A DNA stretch of 62,953 nucleotides, filler included, from Hausera hauseri (Eukaryota), in NCBI GenBank assembly GCA_046269625.1. It is 10 parts of 10 records of this genome, joined end to end, with 100 filler letters (N's around TTAATTAATTAA, not from the genome) between each part and the next. Parts side by side here need not be neighbours in the genome. Positions count along the whole stretch, not along the records: positions 1 to 4,085 come from JBJURY010770649.1; positions 4,186 to 12,027 come from JBJURY010901536.1; 8 more parts are not named here. One strand, given 5' to 3'. The first letter of the stretch is position 1, and each line of letters starts with the position of its first letter. Below are positions 1 through 12,127 of this stretch, piece after piece. The translations under genes and the position numbers were made by a program. The notes under the pieces were generated by a model. It did not search any database and was not told the DNA's origin. It saw only the letters and a program-made list of their open reading frames with translations.

Positions 1-630
1 TATTTAAAGAACTTTCTTTTTTTCAATCAAAAATTAAAACAAAAGGGTCGGGTGAACTCGGCAATAATGAACAAAACCAAACAGATCCGTTTATAAAAAT
101 TTTAATGAAAGCATAAATAGACAGATCAAATAATTCGTCAATTCTGAAAATATTTTTTCTGTATCATAGTTACTGTTGTTTAACTTGCGTATCTCTGACG
201 GGATATAATTGTACATATTGACAGTTCTTTTTCGTATGAAAATATTCAAATAAGTCTATTTTTCGTGATTATATTAATTTTATTCTTTTAACAATGTAAT
301 CTTTGTTACTAATTGCATAGAAAATCTGGCAAATATGTATTGATCATTCACTTGTGTTGATATCTTTTGGATGTTCGTCGGTTGAGAGAAATTCATTGTC
401 TAGTATGGATATTACGCTTTCGTAACAGCAAAATAAACTTTTCTTTTGACGCTATTTGATAAGAATAATTGTTTTTAATTTGGGTGAATTCAAATTCTTT
501 AGTGCATCTTCGATTGAATTATAATGTTTGAAAAAAGAAAAAATTCCTGATAAACAGTTTTATCATGCATGTTTCTCTGAACGACAGCGGTATAATCTTT
601 TAGACATTGTCAGTTGTTAATTTCGTAGGC

Positions 631-700
631 CAGTGGTTCATAATCGGTGTTCCGCAGAACATTGGTGGTCCGCCTAGTTAATGACAGTGTTCCACCAAAA
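631..700 (+). mobile_element. Possible hAT-type DNA transposon terminal remnant
   Basis: CAGTGGTTCATAATCGGTGTTCCGCAGAACATTGGTGGTCCGC resembles CAG-starting hAT/Charlie-type ends with GTTCCGC subterminal motifs; no partner end found. Confidence 0.3.
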
Positions 701-733
701 TTTAAAATTCAATGAAAATAAATATCAAATAGT

Positions 734-1830
734 GTGCACATCATTCGTAATACTAAGAACATGCTTAATTCTTTCAAGTCTTGCACAATCGTTGACGGTG
801 TGGCTTTAGACACTTCCAAACCAGGTCATTCATTAATAATTCTCGCACCATCATTGCAAGGGCAAGCATTTAATAGCGTTCATTCGCTACACCACCTTGG
901 TGCTAAAGCCACTTTTCGTTTACGCCATCAACTAGTAATTTGGTCGTCAATGCGTTCTGATGTGCAGGAATGGGTTAAGGAGTGTGTGGCTTGCCAAAAA
1001 CACGAAACAACTAAGCATTTAAAGCCATCACTGTTCCACTTTCCCTGAATATCGCGTTTCGAGTCTGTGCATATCGACATCGTTGGCCCTCTTCCTCCAG
1101 ACAACGGTCATCAATTCATTCTTACTATGATGTGCCGTTCCTCGAGATGGCCAGAAGCCATCCCTCTGCGGAGCACAAATACCGATACTATAGCTGACGT
1201 TTTTGTCCGTACATGGATTAGCAGGTTTGGATCACCGCGCTTCATCATCAGGGACCAGGGTCCACAGTTTGAATCCAATCTGTTCAAATCCCTTGATAAC
1301 CGATTGGGGATCCATCACATACATACTGCGCCTTACCATCCCCAATCGAATGGCCCCCTAGAACGCTTCCGCCGAACACTGAAAACGTCACTAAGAATCC
1401 TTGCAGAGTCCAACACTAGTTGGACAAATCTTCTTCTGTTTGTTCTGCTTGGCTGGCGAAACACTCCGTCTACCTCTACGGGATGCTCACCTACCGAAGC
1501 CTTATTCGGAGCTCGTGTACGATCATTGTTCGAACTAACTGCCCTAGACGACAGTCCTACAGATGAACCGATAAGGGCGGCGCAAAACCACTTCGTTACG
1601 GTCAGCAAAGATTCTTTCTGCAAGATACTTTACAAAGACAAAACATATTTACCCGAAGACTTGTATTCGGCAAAATTCGTATGGCTAAAAAATCGGACAC
1701 CGTGCGGTTTTCAGCCGCGTTATCTGGGGCCCTATAAATAGATACAATTGCATTCACATAATGCAATTATCTATAAAGACGGCAAAAAACTTACATTACA
1801 TATTGGCAACTTAAAGCCCACTTTCTTTGT
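734..1830 (+). pseudogene. Ty3/Gypsy integrase remnant (H2C2 zinc domain, rve core, GPY/F module)
   Basis: HSLHHLG...ECVACQK zinc motif; VHIDIVGPLP, RWPEAIP, DQGPQFES, YHPQSNG..ER core; YLGPYK then ...HIGNLKP. ORFs 734-1048 and 1067-1741 are in the same frame, with stops at 1046-1048 and 1739-1741. Confidence 0.93.
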
Positions 1831-2444
1831 CGACGACACTTCACCGATTGACACGCCAACCTTTTTCTCACTCCTACACTTCCTGCTGCTCCTTTATCTG
1901 TTGCTAAACTAGTTTCACCTCCTCCTTCTGCTTCTAGTTCTACTTCATCATTCTATGCACCTTCTAATTCTATTTCTATCTCTTTTCCTTTCTCTACCAC
2001 TCCCTCTGTTTCATTTTTTACTTCTACTCTTCCGCCTAACACAATTCCAATTTCTACTTCAATGATCGTCTCTCCACCTTCATCCGCCATTTCACCTCTT
2101 GTCACTCCTTCGTCTTCTAACACTCTTGAATACTTTTAACCATCCGACTCCAGCAATCTCTCTCCCTTCTTCACCTTCTTCTTCTCTTCATTCTGACTCG
2201 TCTTTCAATGACACAACACTCACAACAAAATCTGATAATTTTTTGCCCCAACTTCAACCTCTAAAAGCAAACACACCGCGTAAAGACAAAACACGCAGGG
2301 TCACATTTAGCAAGTATAGGAAGCACAAATCAGTAGAAGGCCCCCAACGTCTTGTTCACACTAAGATTAACTGACACAGACACTTTTCGTTTGGCGATTT
2401 TTTCTTTTCGTCTATTTTGATCTTTATAGTTTTAACTTTGCCAC

Positions 2445-2560
2445 GGGGGGTGGTGATATTGTGCCCATCGCGGCCGGTGCCTTTGGCCCATTTGGTCGGG
2501 CACGGTGGAGCGTCCGTTGCCGTCGCGTTGGATCCATAGTCGGACCCGATGTTCTGCCTC
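2445..2560 (+). repeat. Polypurine tract and start of 3' LTR of the Gypsy element
   Basis: GGGGGGTGGTGA (2445-2456) downstream of integrase, followed by TATTGTGCCCATCGCGGCCG..., which aligns with TGTGGTGCCCACAGCGGCCG... at 32258 (canonical TG start). Confidence 0.7.
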
Positions 2561-4085
2561 AAAATTTCACAACTTTCCTATGCTGACGTGTACACGTGTC
2601 CGAAATGCCGAGATGGATTTGTATTTGTGCAAGCATCACTTTGATTTTGCTGCCCAAATAAACAGCAGATGTACAATGTTAATACTACAAAACTGATATC
2701 CCGTGCAATGACGCATTACGTCAGAAACAAAGAAGATCGAGTCGATTTCTCGCGTTTAAGAATGCTTCCTCGGAAAAAGAAATCTTATGTTAATGTCACA
2801 ATGTTGAAAGAAATTTCGTTGACAGCGATTAACAATCCTGTCTTCAATTGTTTCATCGAATGTACTGAACATCGATTTTCTTTTGAACACTAATACAACA
2901 AAAGTGTACGATGCCAAAAGTTCTACGGAACTCATCGATTATAAAAATTTAAACTTTGAAAATCTGTTAATTGAAATGGGACCAAGGAATGATTGATTAT
3001 TTTTCAACGGTCAAGAGTGTTAAAGAAATATTAGACGGTAACAATCCAACGACCAAATAGGCACTAGATCAGGTGCTCCAAGAACTATCAAATGGTCAAT
3101 CAAACCGATTTTGGCAACTCTCGAATCAAACAGCCTGTCAGAAATCATCTGTAGTCCATGAGAAAATCGATTTAACACCACTAAAAAAGACGTTATCATC
3201 TTCAAGTCTAGAGTGCTACAAATTTCCTATTTGCGAAATTTTCCTATTTCAAAAAATTGCGCAAAATTCGTTCACTGATCGTTACATCCGGCCGTCTTAA
3301 CACCCCGGTAATTAAGTTGCCTCTAACGGCCCGACTAGACGAGCTTTTGAATAATATACTAGAACTTTTATTTCGACTATATCTTTAAAAATAGGAAAGT
3401 TTTGCATAATATTACAAACGAGCATTGAAATACTCCCTATCGTTGAGTAATGCTTAATTATTCACTTTTGTGAATAATTAATGTGAATAGGCATTATAAC
3501 AGCAACACATTGTCGCATAAACAAAGGACATCTTTTGAATCATCGACGGAAGATATTATAAGGAAAGCTAAATTGATATTAAAAATAACGGTGCGTCATA
3601 GGTCTGACCAATCTAGATAGAATTAAGAACAATTTCATTCATAATCAATTAGTATATATTGTAAGAAACTAAAGAAAAAACCGTTTTCTATTTTAAGAAT
3701 GACAGCATTTATCAAACTAATTCAATTAACTTCCAAATGTGACAATGTTCAGACCAAATACATTAACATTAATTTCAATATAGTTTACCGTGCATGTATG
3801 CGACCGTATCAACAACGCACGCAATCAATTGTCCACTTCAAAATTTGTATGTGATTACAAATAGACATACACATAGTTCTTCATTCTGATAGGCCGTTCT
3901 ATAATATACATTACAACCAATTCTTATTAACAAATTGACAATGAAAAAAATCCTTTTGAAAATGGTAAATCGTTTACTACGGGGTAAAGAAGCATTCGTC
4001 ATTCTAATGATCGTTCTGTTTTTCTATATTATCAGTGCCAATTTCACCCAAGGAACATATCATTCAAATATCGTCAAGTTTAATA

Positions 4086-4185
4086 NNNNNNNNNNNNNNN
4101 NNNNNNNNNNNNNNNNNNNNNNNNNNNNNTTAATTAATTAANNNNNNNNNNNNNNNNNNNNNNNNNNNNNNNNNNNNNNNNNNNN
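4086..4185. other. Artificial contig spacer (N44-TTAATTAATTAA-N44)
   Basis: 100-bp N run with a central stop-in-all-frames linker; identical copies recur through the window. Confidence 0.98.
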
Positions 4186-4205
4186 TCTAGTCTTCCTTAA
4201 TAACA

Positions 4206-6562
4206 ATGGCGCAGGGACACCAGTACAACACCCGATCCCGAGGACGATTAACACAGGGTCAGACAACAGTAATCAATGAGATTGATTTAGATGAAGGAAA
4301 TATTAGCCCTACTAATAGTTCAGATACTTTGAGTACAACATCAGCTCCAGGAATATTAATTGATATAGATCCATTACAATTGTCTCCCGCGCCAGTACAA
4401 TATCAATGGGTAAGAGGAGTTAATGGTCGACAAAGGCCATCTTGAGGACAATATCGTGATGCATTTAAATCACGACAATTGACACAAAGAATAACTAATC
4501 AGGAATTAGAATGTCGAACACGTTATGAAATACATAATGTAAATGTAAACAATTTAAGACCAAGACAGAATCGAACAGACGACAGTATACGACAACTAAT
4601 AGAAGAAATACAAGGTATACCTCGACAAGGAGTAACTATAGAGAGATGTTATGAATAATGATATAAGATTGGACGAAGTTGAAGGAAGAATCACCCAAAT
4701 AGAGCAAAACTTGAATGATAATAGTATGGGTTTAAATGAATTGGATGAGAAAACTGTTCAACTCGCACAAGAAGTTAGCATCTATTCTAGACAAATGCGT
4801 GATATTCGACAACAAACTATTGATAATATAGCCACAGTATATAGAAACAGAGAACAGATAGATAACAACGAAAGTCAGGTAAGAAAAAAGATAAATGATG
4901 TGAAAAACCAAGTAATAGTTATAGTAAACGAACAGGAACAAATTCAAGAAGGAAATAATTGTACGCCTTGAGCAAGTAAGGACAGAAGGAATAATAACTT
5001 GACGTCGGCAGGAGGTACATACACCCGAATTCTCAGTAGAGGTAAGTTCAATGTCTTGTGAAACCTCTGATATCGATAGCGGCAACATGGAACCACAAGG
5101 AGATAATCGAGGGCCAGTGGCTCAACAAAACAGATATGACTGCGACCCTAATAATAATAATGTCGTCTACGATCCACCGATCTATAACGAAGGGCGAAGA
5201 GAGGAGAAATACCAAACACTTCCCCGTCTTCAACCGTATGAAGGACGCGTATAGAATTTGGAAGACTTCTTGGACGAATATGATTCTCTAGCCATAGCCA
5301 TGCATTGGAATGATGCTAAAAAATCACTTCTACCAGTGCATGTGAATAATGACTTAAGAATGGCAATAACACGCCTACCGCCACAAGTAAACGAAACTTG
5401 GTTGCAACACAGAGAAAGGATTTTACAAAATCAGCAGGTTAATGTACAAGAGAATCGATATTCAAAATTTCAAAATTGCAAACAGAAGCCAAACGAAGAA
5501 GTTTTGACCTATATTAATAGATTTAAAACAGAAATGACTAGATATTTTGGCCATAACGCCAACGCGTTTGGCGCCATGATAATGAAACAATTTGTACTAG
5601 GACTTTTATCACCATTAAGAGAAGAAGTTAAGTTCCATACTGCTAATAATGTTAACGAATTGGTAGATTATACTAGAAAAATGGCAACTCGGATATATGA
5701 GACACCGTTATGGACTAACCAAACGCAAATAGCAGCAGTGGCTTCAACACCATTATTGGTTAGACCAGACGTACCAAATCGTAGTAATTCACCTTGGGGA
5801 GACTCTTCAAGAAACCAAAGCCCTAATCGTCAAGGCGCCAATACCCCCCAGCGAAGTAATATTCCAGAGAGAGGAAGTTTTAACCAGTCATCTAGAAACT
5901 ATCAAAGAGACATACACTATCAGCAAAGTAGGGGAAACTACAATGATCGACAGTGGAACGATATTAGATATGATAGAACGCGAGGTGACTCAAGAGAAAG
6001 AAACGATAACAGAAGCCGATTCCCTAGTAGAGAAAGATATAGCAACGACCGAAACTTTGGGCGTTACGATGATAGAAACTCATACTATAGACGAGATGAT
6101 AGTCGAATACGACACCCAAACAATCGCTGGGAAGAATCAAGATCCAATTATCCTAACGACAGGCGAAGTGAAAGTCGCAAAAGGTTTAGAAGAGACGATA
6201 GTCGAGAAAGATATAATAGCTTTAATAGAAATGATAATAGAGAATGAGATAATCGACGGAGCGATAGCAAAGAAAGACACAATTCCAGAAATGAAAATAG
6301 AAATGTTTATAATGAATCAAGATTAGGAAATTACGATAGAAGACGTGACTACACTCCACCTCGACGAGAGTTGGATAGATATAATAAAAATCCTAGTCCA
6401 TATCCTCCAAGAGACAGAAATCGAACTCCTTCTCCCGGACAAAATAGTAATAATTATAGATATAGTCGATCATCAGATTACAATTTCAGACGAAATGAAG
6501 CATCATCAAATAGAAACACTTCCCCATACAGATACGATAGGAATGCGACGCCAGAATATTAA
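4206..6562 (+). pseudogene. gag: Gag-like region: N-terminal YNTRSR motif, coiled coil, capsid (Retrotrans_gag-like), Arg/Asp/Ser/Asn-rich C-terminus
   Basis: LQPYEG...LEDFLDEYDSLAIAMHWNDAKK; FQNCKQKPNEEVLTYINRF; KQFVLGLLSPLREEV. Fragments 5051-5254, 5258-6247 and 6371-6562 are in one frame. No CCHC knuckle seen. Confidence 0.8.
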
Positions 6563-6633
6563 AGAATTTCAATGAGAGAAAACCGGATTCGGCAATACCA
6601 TCTTATAGTAGTCCTACGAAAGAGAAAGGAAAT

Positions 6634-7668
6634 TTGTCAGATAATAGAAAAAATAATAACGACGAAAGAAATGTGTCGCCTCGTCGTTCAGTAACTTTTA
6701 ATGAACAAACTAAATCAGCTTTTACGGGTTTGTTAATGGCAAAACCCGTAGAAGGATCTCATCAACTAACACCTGAACTGCCAACCAATAATACTATCCT
6801 GGAAAAACCCTTCATAACTAGGAAACAGTTGGATCAGGCAGAACGAAAAGTACCAGATATCCAAAGAAATACACTTCCATACATGTTATGGCCAGAAACT
6901 AAAGAAATTAAAGATTTACTTTCAACCTTTGTAGCAATAGGAAAAACTAATGAACAAGAAAAAGAATCAAAAATTAACCGAATAAGAATAGAGAATATCG
7001 AAGGAGATCTGATAATTGAATTAGAAGATGTAAAAAAGGAAAAATAAAAATGCTATGAAAACCTTAGACAAATACTCTGTGGAAAACTTGTAGTTGGAAT
7101 AGAATTGCCATGGTTGTTTAAAGAAATACAATTGAAGGAAACCGATATTTATGGTACGTTTAGTGTAGATCAGAATTTTAACTTACCAGATGATCAATGG
7201 AAAATAGAAAATACATTGTTACAACAATTGAATAATTTACGACAAGAGTACCAGATTAAACTTAACCGTCAAGGATCTGCCTACTTCATTTTTCCCAGTA
7301 GACCTTTATATAAGAATGATGGATATCCCCAACGTGAAATGACATGTAATACTACTTTAATTCCAGAGGCAGTATTGCAGCGCATGGACATAAGTATCGT
7401 TCAGAAATGGGATAAACTACTTGCATACAAGAAAACTGACAGAATAGAGTTCGCGGATATAGCTGAACAAGGATCGATTTGTATGGGAGGCATTGATAAA
7501 ATCTACCGTAAAAGGACTGGTATTCAAATAAAAAGAAAAGATCCACCGTGTGCTATAATCACCAATCAAGGAGAAGCCAGATTGCAAATTAATAATAGAA
7601 CAGCAATAATCTCCAAGAAAACTAAGATACTCCCTAACTATCCTTATGAAGGAGATTATCAGATTTAA
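6634..7668 (+). pseudogene. Accessory coding region of element A, unknown function
   Basis: ORFs 6634-7047 and 7105-7668 are in the same frame as 7672-8475 and separated only by stop codons; no motif recognised. Confidence 0.5.
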
Positions 7669-7752
7669 CCTTTGGATAACTGCCCATTATATTTGATACA
7701 ATTGCTTAAGAATACACCCGCGTTAGCTGTGGATGAACCTGTGACACAAGAC

Positions 7753-8205
7753 AGAGAAATAATTCTTACTGGTAGATGTATAACCAAAGGAGACCAAAAA
7801 GGACTTACTCAGGTCACTGCTAAAAATCTGGAAGGAAAGACAATCCTTAATATTCATGTATATCCAAATATGCCAGATAATACTAAGTACACTGAATATA
7901 GTAGACGGTTCAATCCACAACGACAGGAATCGGTAAGCGAATTCATGAATAAATATTTGTCAGGAAAAATGATCATTGGACGTCAGTTACCAGAGCTATT
8001 AAACACATTGAATATAAAACCAAAAAATCTAACTGCCGTATATGTTTTGGAACAAACAAACAGGAACTACAAATGTTTGGACCTATATAATGGCCATAAT
8101 TTGAAAATAATGGCACAGAGATGTTTAGATGAATACCAAAAAACGATGCGAGTGGAATATAATGTACCATGGGTAATAGAAAGTCGAAAGACGTTACGAA
8201 TAGCT
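7753..8205 (+). pseudogene. Degenerate REX4/ISG20-like DEDDh exonuclease-fold domain within element A
   Basis: GLTQVTAKNLEGKTILNIHVYP ~ LARVSIVN..G..L.D.YV.P; FMNKYLSGKMIIGRQLPELLNTLNI ~ ..LL.GRILVGH.L..DL..L.L; HNLKIMAQRCL ~ SLK.L....L. Catalytic acidic residues appear lost. Confidence 0.45.
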
Positions 8206-8861
8206 TTTCCAGCAATAGGAGAATTAAAGAAAACTGAGGAAGCCAGAGCAATCCCGGTAATTGAACCAATAACTCAAAGATATTCAGATATGGATGCTGA
8301 TGAATATTCACAGGAACTTGTTAGAATTAGACCAACAGGAGAATGGAGAGACCCATGTGATGATAGATTAGTTGCACCATTTATCCAACCACGGCTCCAC
8401 CACAATGACCAACGCTATTTGAAAATATACGAGATACAATACAACCGAGTACATCCCAGAAGAAACCCCAAATAATAAACGAATATAAAATGCTTGAAAT
8501 TTTATATTATAATCTTATATCTAACTCAGACATTTTACAACAATCGGAAACTGCATTGATACCAATTGTGAACCAAGGGTTTATCCCAGAAATAAATATC
8601 CCACCAGGATCTATAGTATACGGCGAACTTCTGGAATCAACAATCGAAACAATTAAAGCTAAATTACAAATGTTCGATTCAGCACCCAATGAGGTATGGG
8701 AAGCTTTACGACAATATGAAATACTACCATTAATCAATCGAATACAATGCGCACCATTGCTTATGCCACTAACAAGGGACGATATGTTTTGCTTTTTAGT
8801 CGCAAGAAAATTATTAAAGACTCTAGGAAAAGACTTAAGACGGAAACATAGAAGAAAGCAA

Positions 8862-9105
8862 CCATATATTATAAATATAGAAATTAAAACCAATAAGCGA
8901 GAACAAATGATTGAAGTTACAACAGGAATGTTTACTAAATTTACGGATCTCCGAAGAAAAGTATTCGATGAATTAGATCTCGAAACCAATATAATAGCGA
9001 AAACTGATGTTTATGGCAGAATGGCCTTCGATAATGATTATGTTGTAGATTATGGACTACTTACTGGAAATAGGTACTAAGAAAAAAGGAGGAAAACCGA
9101 GGAAA
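8862..9105 (+). pseudogene. Ubiquitin-like (beta-grasp) domain followed by a basic AT-hook-like motif in element A
   Basis: INIEIKTNKREQMIEVTTGMFTKFTDLRRKVFDELDL...YGRMAFDNDYVVDYGLLTG follows the ubiquitin pattern (G..L.D...L.DY.I); after a frameshift, KKKGGKPRK. Confidence 0.5.
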
Positions 9106-9343
9106 TGCGATTTTAACCCAGTAAGCGATGATGAAGAAAAACCCGAAGAAGAAAAACCAGAAAAACAAAGAAAGAAAAGACCTTTACAACCAAAACGCAA
9201 GGAACAACGAGAAACATTGGAATATATACTATACGACAATATTTTAACGAATTACCATTAGTGACGATGAAAATGAACCAACACAAAATCCAATTCCAGA
9301 AACATCAAACCAGAACGACATAAATATACCAAATGTGACACTA

Positions 9344-9739
9344 ACGACTCATGAACTTCTATAACAGTTAATCAAGAAAGCAAATCCAAAACAACTTAGG
9401 AAAATACCAATAATTACAACAATTCAACTACAATCCATAATAGAAACTGCTAGATATGTTTCGTCACAAATTACGAAATTATTACGCAAATACGAGATGA
9501 AAGGAGGTTTAAATAAAGCACTGACACGGTTATTAAAAGACTGTGATCAGAATCGATTATTGATGGCACTAGGATGCATAGTGGTTAGTTTTAAAAATCA
9601 AACGGAGATCGATGCTAAACTACACCACACGGTAAGGGAATTAGCTTACCATATGGATAAGTTAACAAAAGATTGGGTAACTAAACATGGTGGTTGGGAT
9701 GAAATTCTCAAGAGATTCGATCCAAACACACTAATATAA
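9344..9739 (+). pseudogene. Bcl-2-like domain in element A
   Basis: DWVTKHGGWDEILKRF matches the BH2 motif (W...GGW..F); LNKALTRLLKDCDQNRLLMAL sits at BH1 spacing; THELL*QLIKK sits at a BH4-like position, with an in-frame stop at 9362. Confidence 0.55.
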
Positions 9740-9759
9740 CCCAAGGATACCAACATCTC

Positions 9760-11690
9760 AGATTAGGTAGTGCAAATCATTCATTTGCTATTATACATAA
9801 TGCCATGAGCAGTTTGAAAACGACCAAAGCATTGGAAGCTTATGATTGTTCCCAACCAGAAATAACGGACAGACTTTCGTTAGTGGACATAGGCAAGTGT
9901 CAAAACGCGAATCCAATATCAGTGAAGAAAGAAGGTCCTTACAATTACAATTTGCATCAGAGAATCAGTTATCAACTAGTGCAAGTAAAGGAATGCCAGG
10001 TTAACAAAGTAATATTCGCTTATAACTGTGGTCATAATTCATGGAATTCGGTGATTATCCCACCAGGATTACCTAAACCTGTAACAATAACAGCTGAAAA
10101 TTGTAGAAAGGCTATAGATTTAATTCACGTAGGTCTAAAACAACCAGTACAAGCAGGTATAGGAAAATGAGTTCACTCACAAATAGTTATAGCCGGAAAA
10201 ATATGGCCTGGATATGGAGGAGGTTGTGATGGAGGAAAAATAATGTTACACGAAAAGAATACAAAGTAAACTTTGATGCGATTACAGGAAAAATGTTGAC
10301 TGCCCTATCCTGCACGTACTCTGATGGAGTGTGTATGTTGGGAGAATCCACATTAGTTTGGGAAAAGACGATTATGATATGTCCATTGGCTTTCCTGAAA
10401 CAAGTATCTATGTATGAAATGCAAGGCGATTTATATTATGATGATGAATACCAAGAACCATAACACAATCATAACATAAGTTTACCCACTCCACGAACTC
10501 TGAAACAAACCCCTTCCCTGAAAGTTTTAATGTCATCCAATGACAAAGATGGAATAGTATTAGCACGCAAAGGAGCAGTATCGACTTGTGGATCAAATGC
10601 GGTTTATTCAACATTTTATGAAGATTTGTTTGTAACGAAAGAAACGCTAGTGAATACTGGAAAGTTACCAACTGAAGATATAAAATGGTACCTATATAAG
10701 AATAACAAGATAGATTATATTTATCATACTGCGAAAATGGATTTGGTTGAGTTGTATAACATGATGGTGATAAGAGATTGTAAAATCACTCAAAAATTAA
10801 ACCAGCACGACTTGATATTGGCTAGAGAATTTCCTGAACAAATTGCTTCAGTTATGGGATATCGCTCCGGAACATTCGGTAGAGTACGAGGCGAAATATT
10901 TCATGTATACCAATGTCCACCGATAGAAGTAATGCCTGTAACATCTAAAAAGCAAATTACACGAATGAATTAATGGTTCAATATAATGATAAAAATATGA
11001 TCAAATATGGATATCTAGACCCTATTACTCGAAAATTATTATTACCTACGGGAGTTACCTTCGCACCATTCTATAAAGGATTCTATCCAGCTTCTAAGCT
11101 TAGTGAAGAAAGATGGACTAAAATCCGCCCTCCAACCATGATGAACGTACCACAGACAATTGGACTATTACCATTGGATAAAGGTATGAAATTTAAGGTA
11201 AATTGAGAACTTCCCAATAGTGGATTGTATTCGCTAACTGATCTAGAAGCGGTAAGAAAACGAGTATTATTTCAGAATATTCGAGAAAAGGTAATAACAG
11301 AATTTGTATATACTGTTACAAAAGGATCGGATGGCACTCCTAATTATGGAATGTGATTATCAGTTGATCATTTGGAGACAACAGCTAAGAAGATTCTTTA
11401 TGATTTTTGGAATAAATTCCTTATTTTGGTCACGTTATATCCGGAATTTTCGGCACATAAGTTATAATTACTAACATATTGGTTATATTAAGACAAATAG
11501 GAGCTTCCAGAAATATAAAGAATGTACGTGAATGTACATGGCAAATTATGTTGAGATGTATTCCATCAATGGCTCAGTCAGTATTAATATACTGGCATGC
11601 AAAAGGATTAGACAAATTGAGGAATGAACTTTGTTTAGCTCCAGAACTGAAACAACAATTACAAGCTTTTATTAAATTAACTGTAGAAAA
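9760..11690 (+). pseudogene. env: Chuvirus-like / gB-type (class III) envelope glycoprotein, frameshifted
   Basis: Hydrophobic leader VVQIIHLLLYIM; AYDC...LSLVDIGKC; KECQV...YNCGHNSW; ENCRKA; RDCKI...LAREFPE...GTFGRVRGEIFHVYQCPP; GLYSLTDLEAVRK; hydrophobic segment near 11410-11490. Confidence 0.8.
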
Positions 11691-12027
11691 ANNNNNNNNN
11701 NTATAAATTGCTAAGAAAGAAAGCTAGAAAGCATTTTGAGCCAGACGTACCAACATCCTATAAATCTGAATCACTGATGAATACCCAGAAGTAGATCATA
11801 GAGACATGAAAGCTACATCTATGTATGAACTCCCAATAATAAGGGATTCGGATGAATACACCTGCTTACCGAGTACTGCTTACCGACCAAATTTATTTCG
11901 ACAACATAATACTGCGGATAACAGACGAAATAATACGAAATTTATTTTTATGAATCAAAATACAAAGCAACGGGAAATAACCCATACAGTGCAGTACAAT
12001 TCAATGGATGGAATATTATGGCACTAC

Positions 12028-12127
12028 NNNNNNNNNNNNNNNNNNNNNNNNNNNNNNNNNNNNNNNNNNNNTTAATTAATTAANNNNNNNNNNNNNNNNN
12101 NNNNNNNNNNNNNNNNNNNNNNNNNNN
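12028..12127. other. Artificial contig spacer
   Basis: Same N44-TTAATTAATTAA-N44 linker. Confidence 0.98.

Larger units (their letters stand above)
4186..12027 (+). mobile_element. Decayed Gypsy-like endogenous viral element A: gag - accessory domains - chuvirus-like glycoprotein (pol not reached before contig end)
   Basis: Nearly gap-free chain of + strand ORF fragments separated by single stops or frameshifts, starting with Gag motifs and ending with a class III-type glycoprotein. The order matches element B (17031-24955). Confidence 0.8.

Noticed and set aside
1870-2374. Ser/Pro/Thr-rich ORF 2099-2374 as a separate gene
   Set aside because: CT-rich low-complexity extension after the Gypsy integrase; no independent gene evidence.
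4086-4185. Recurrent TTAATTAATTAA palindrome within N runs as a biological repeat or array
   Set aside because: Identical 100-bp artificial contig spacer; ORFs containing X...LIN and any cross-spacer synteny are artefacts.
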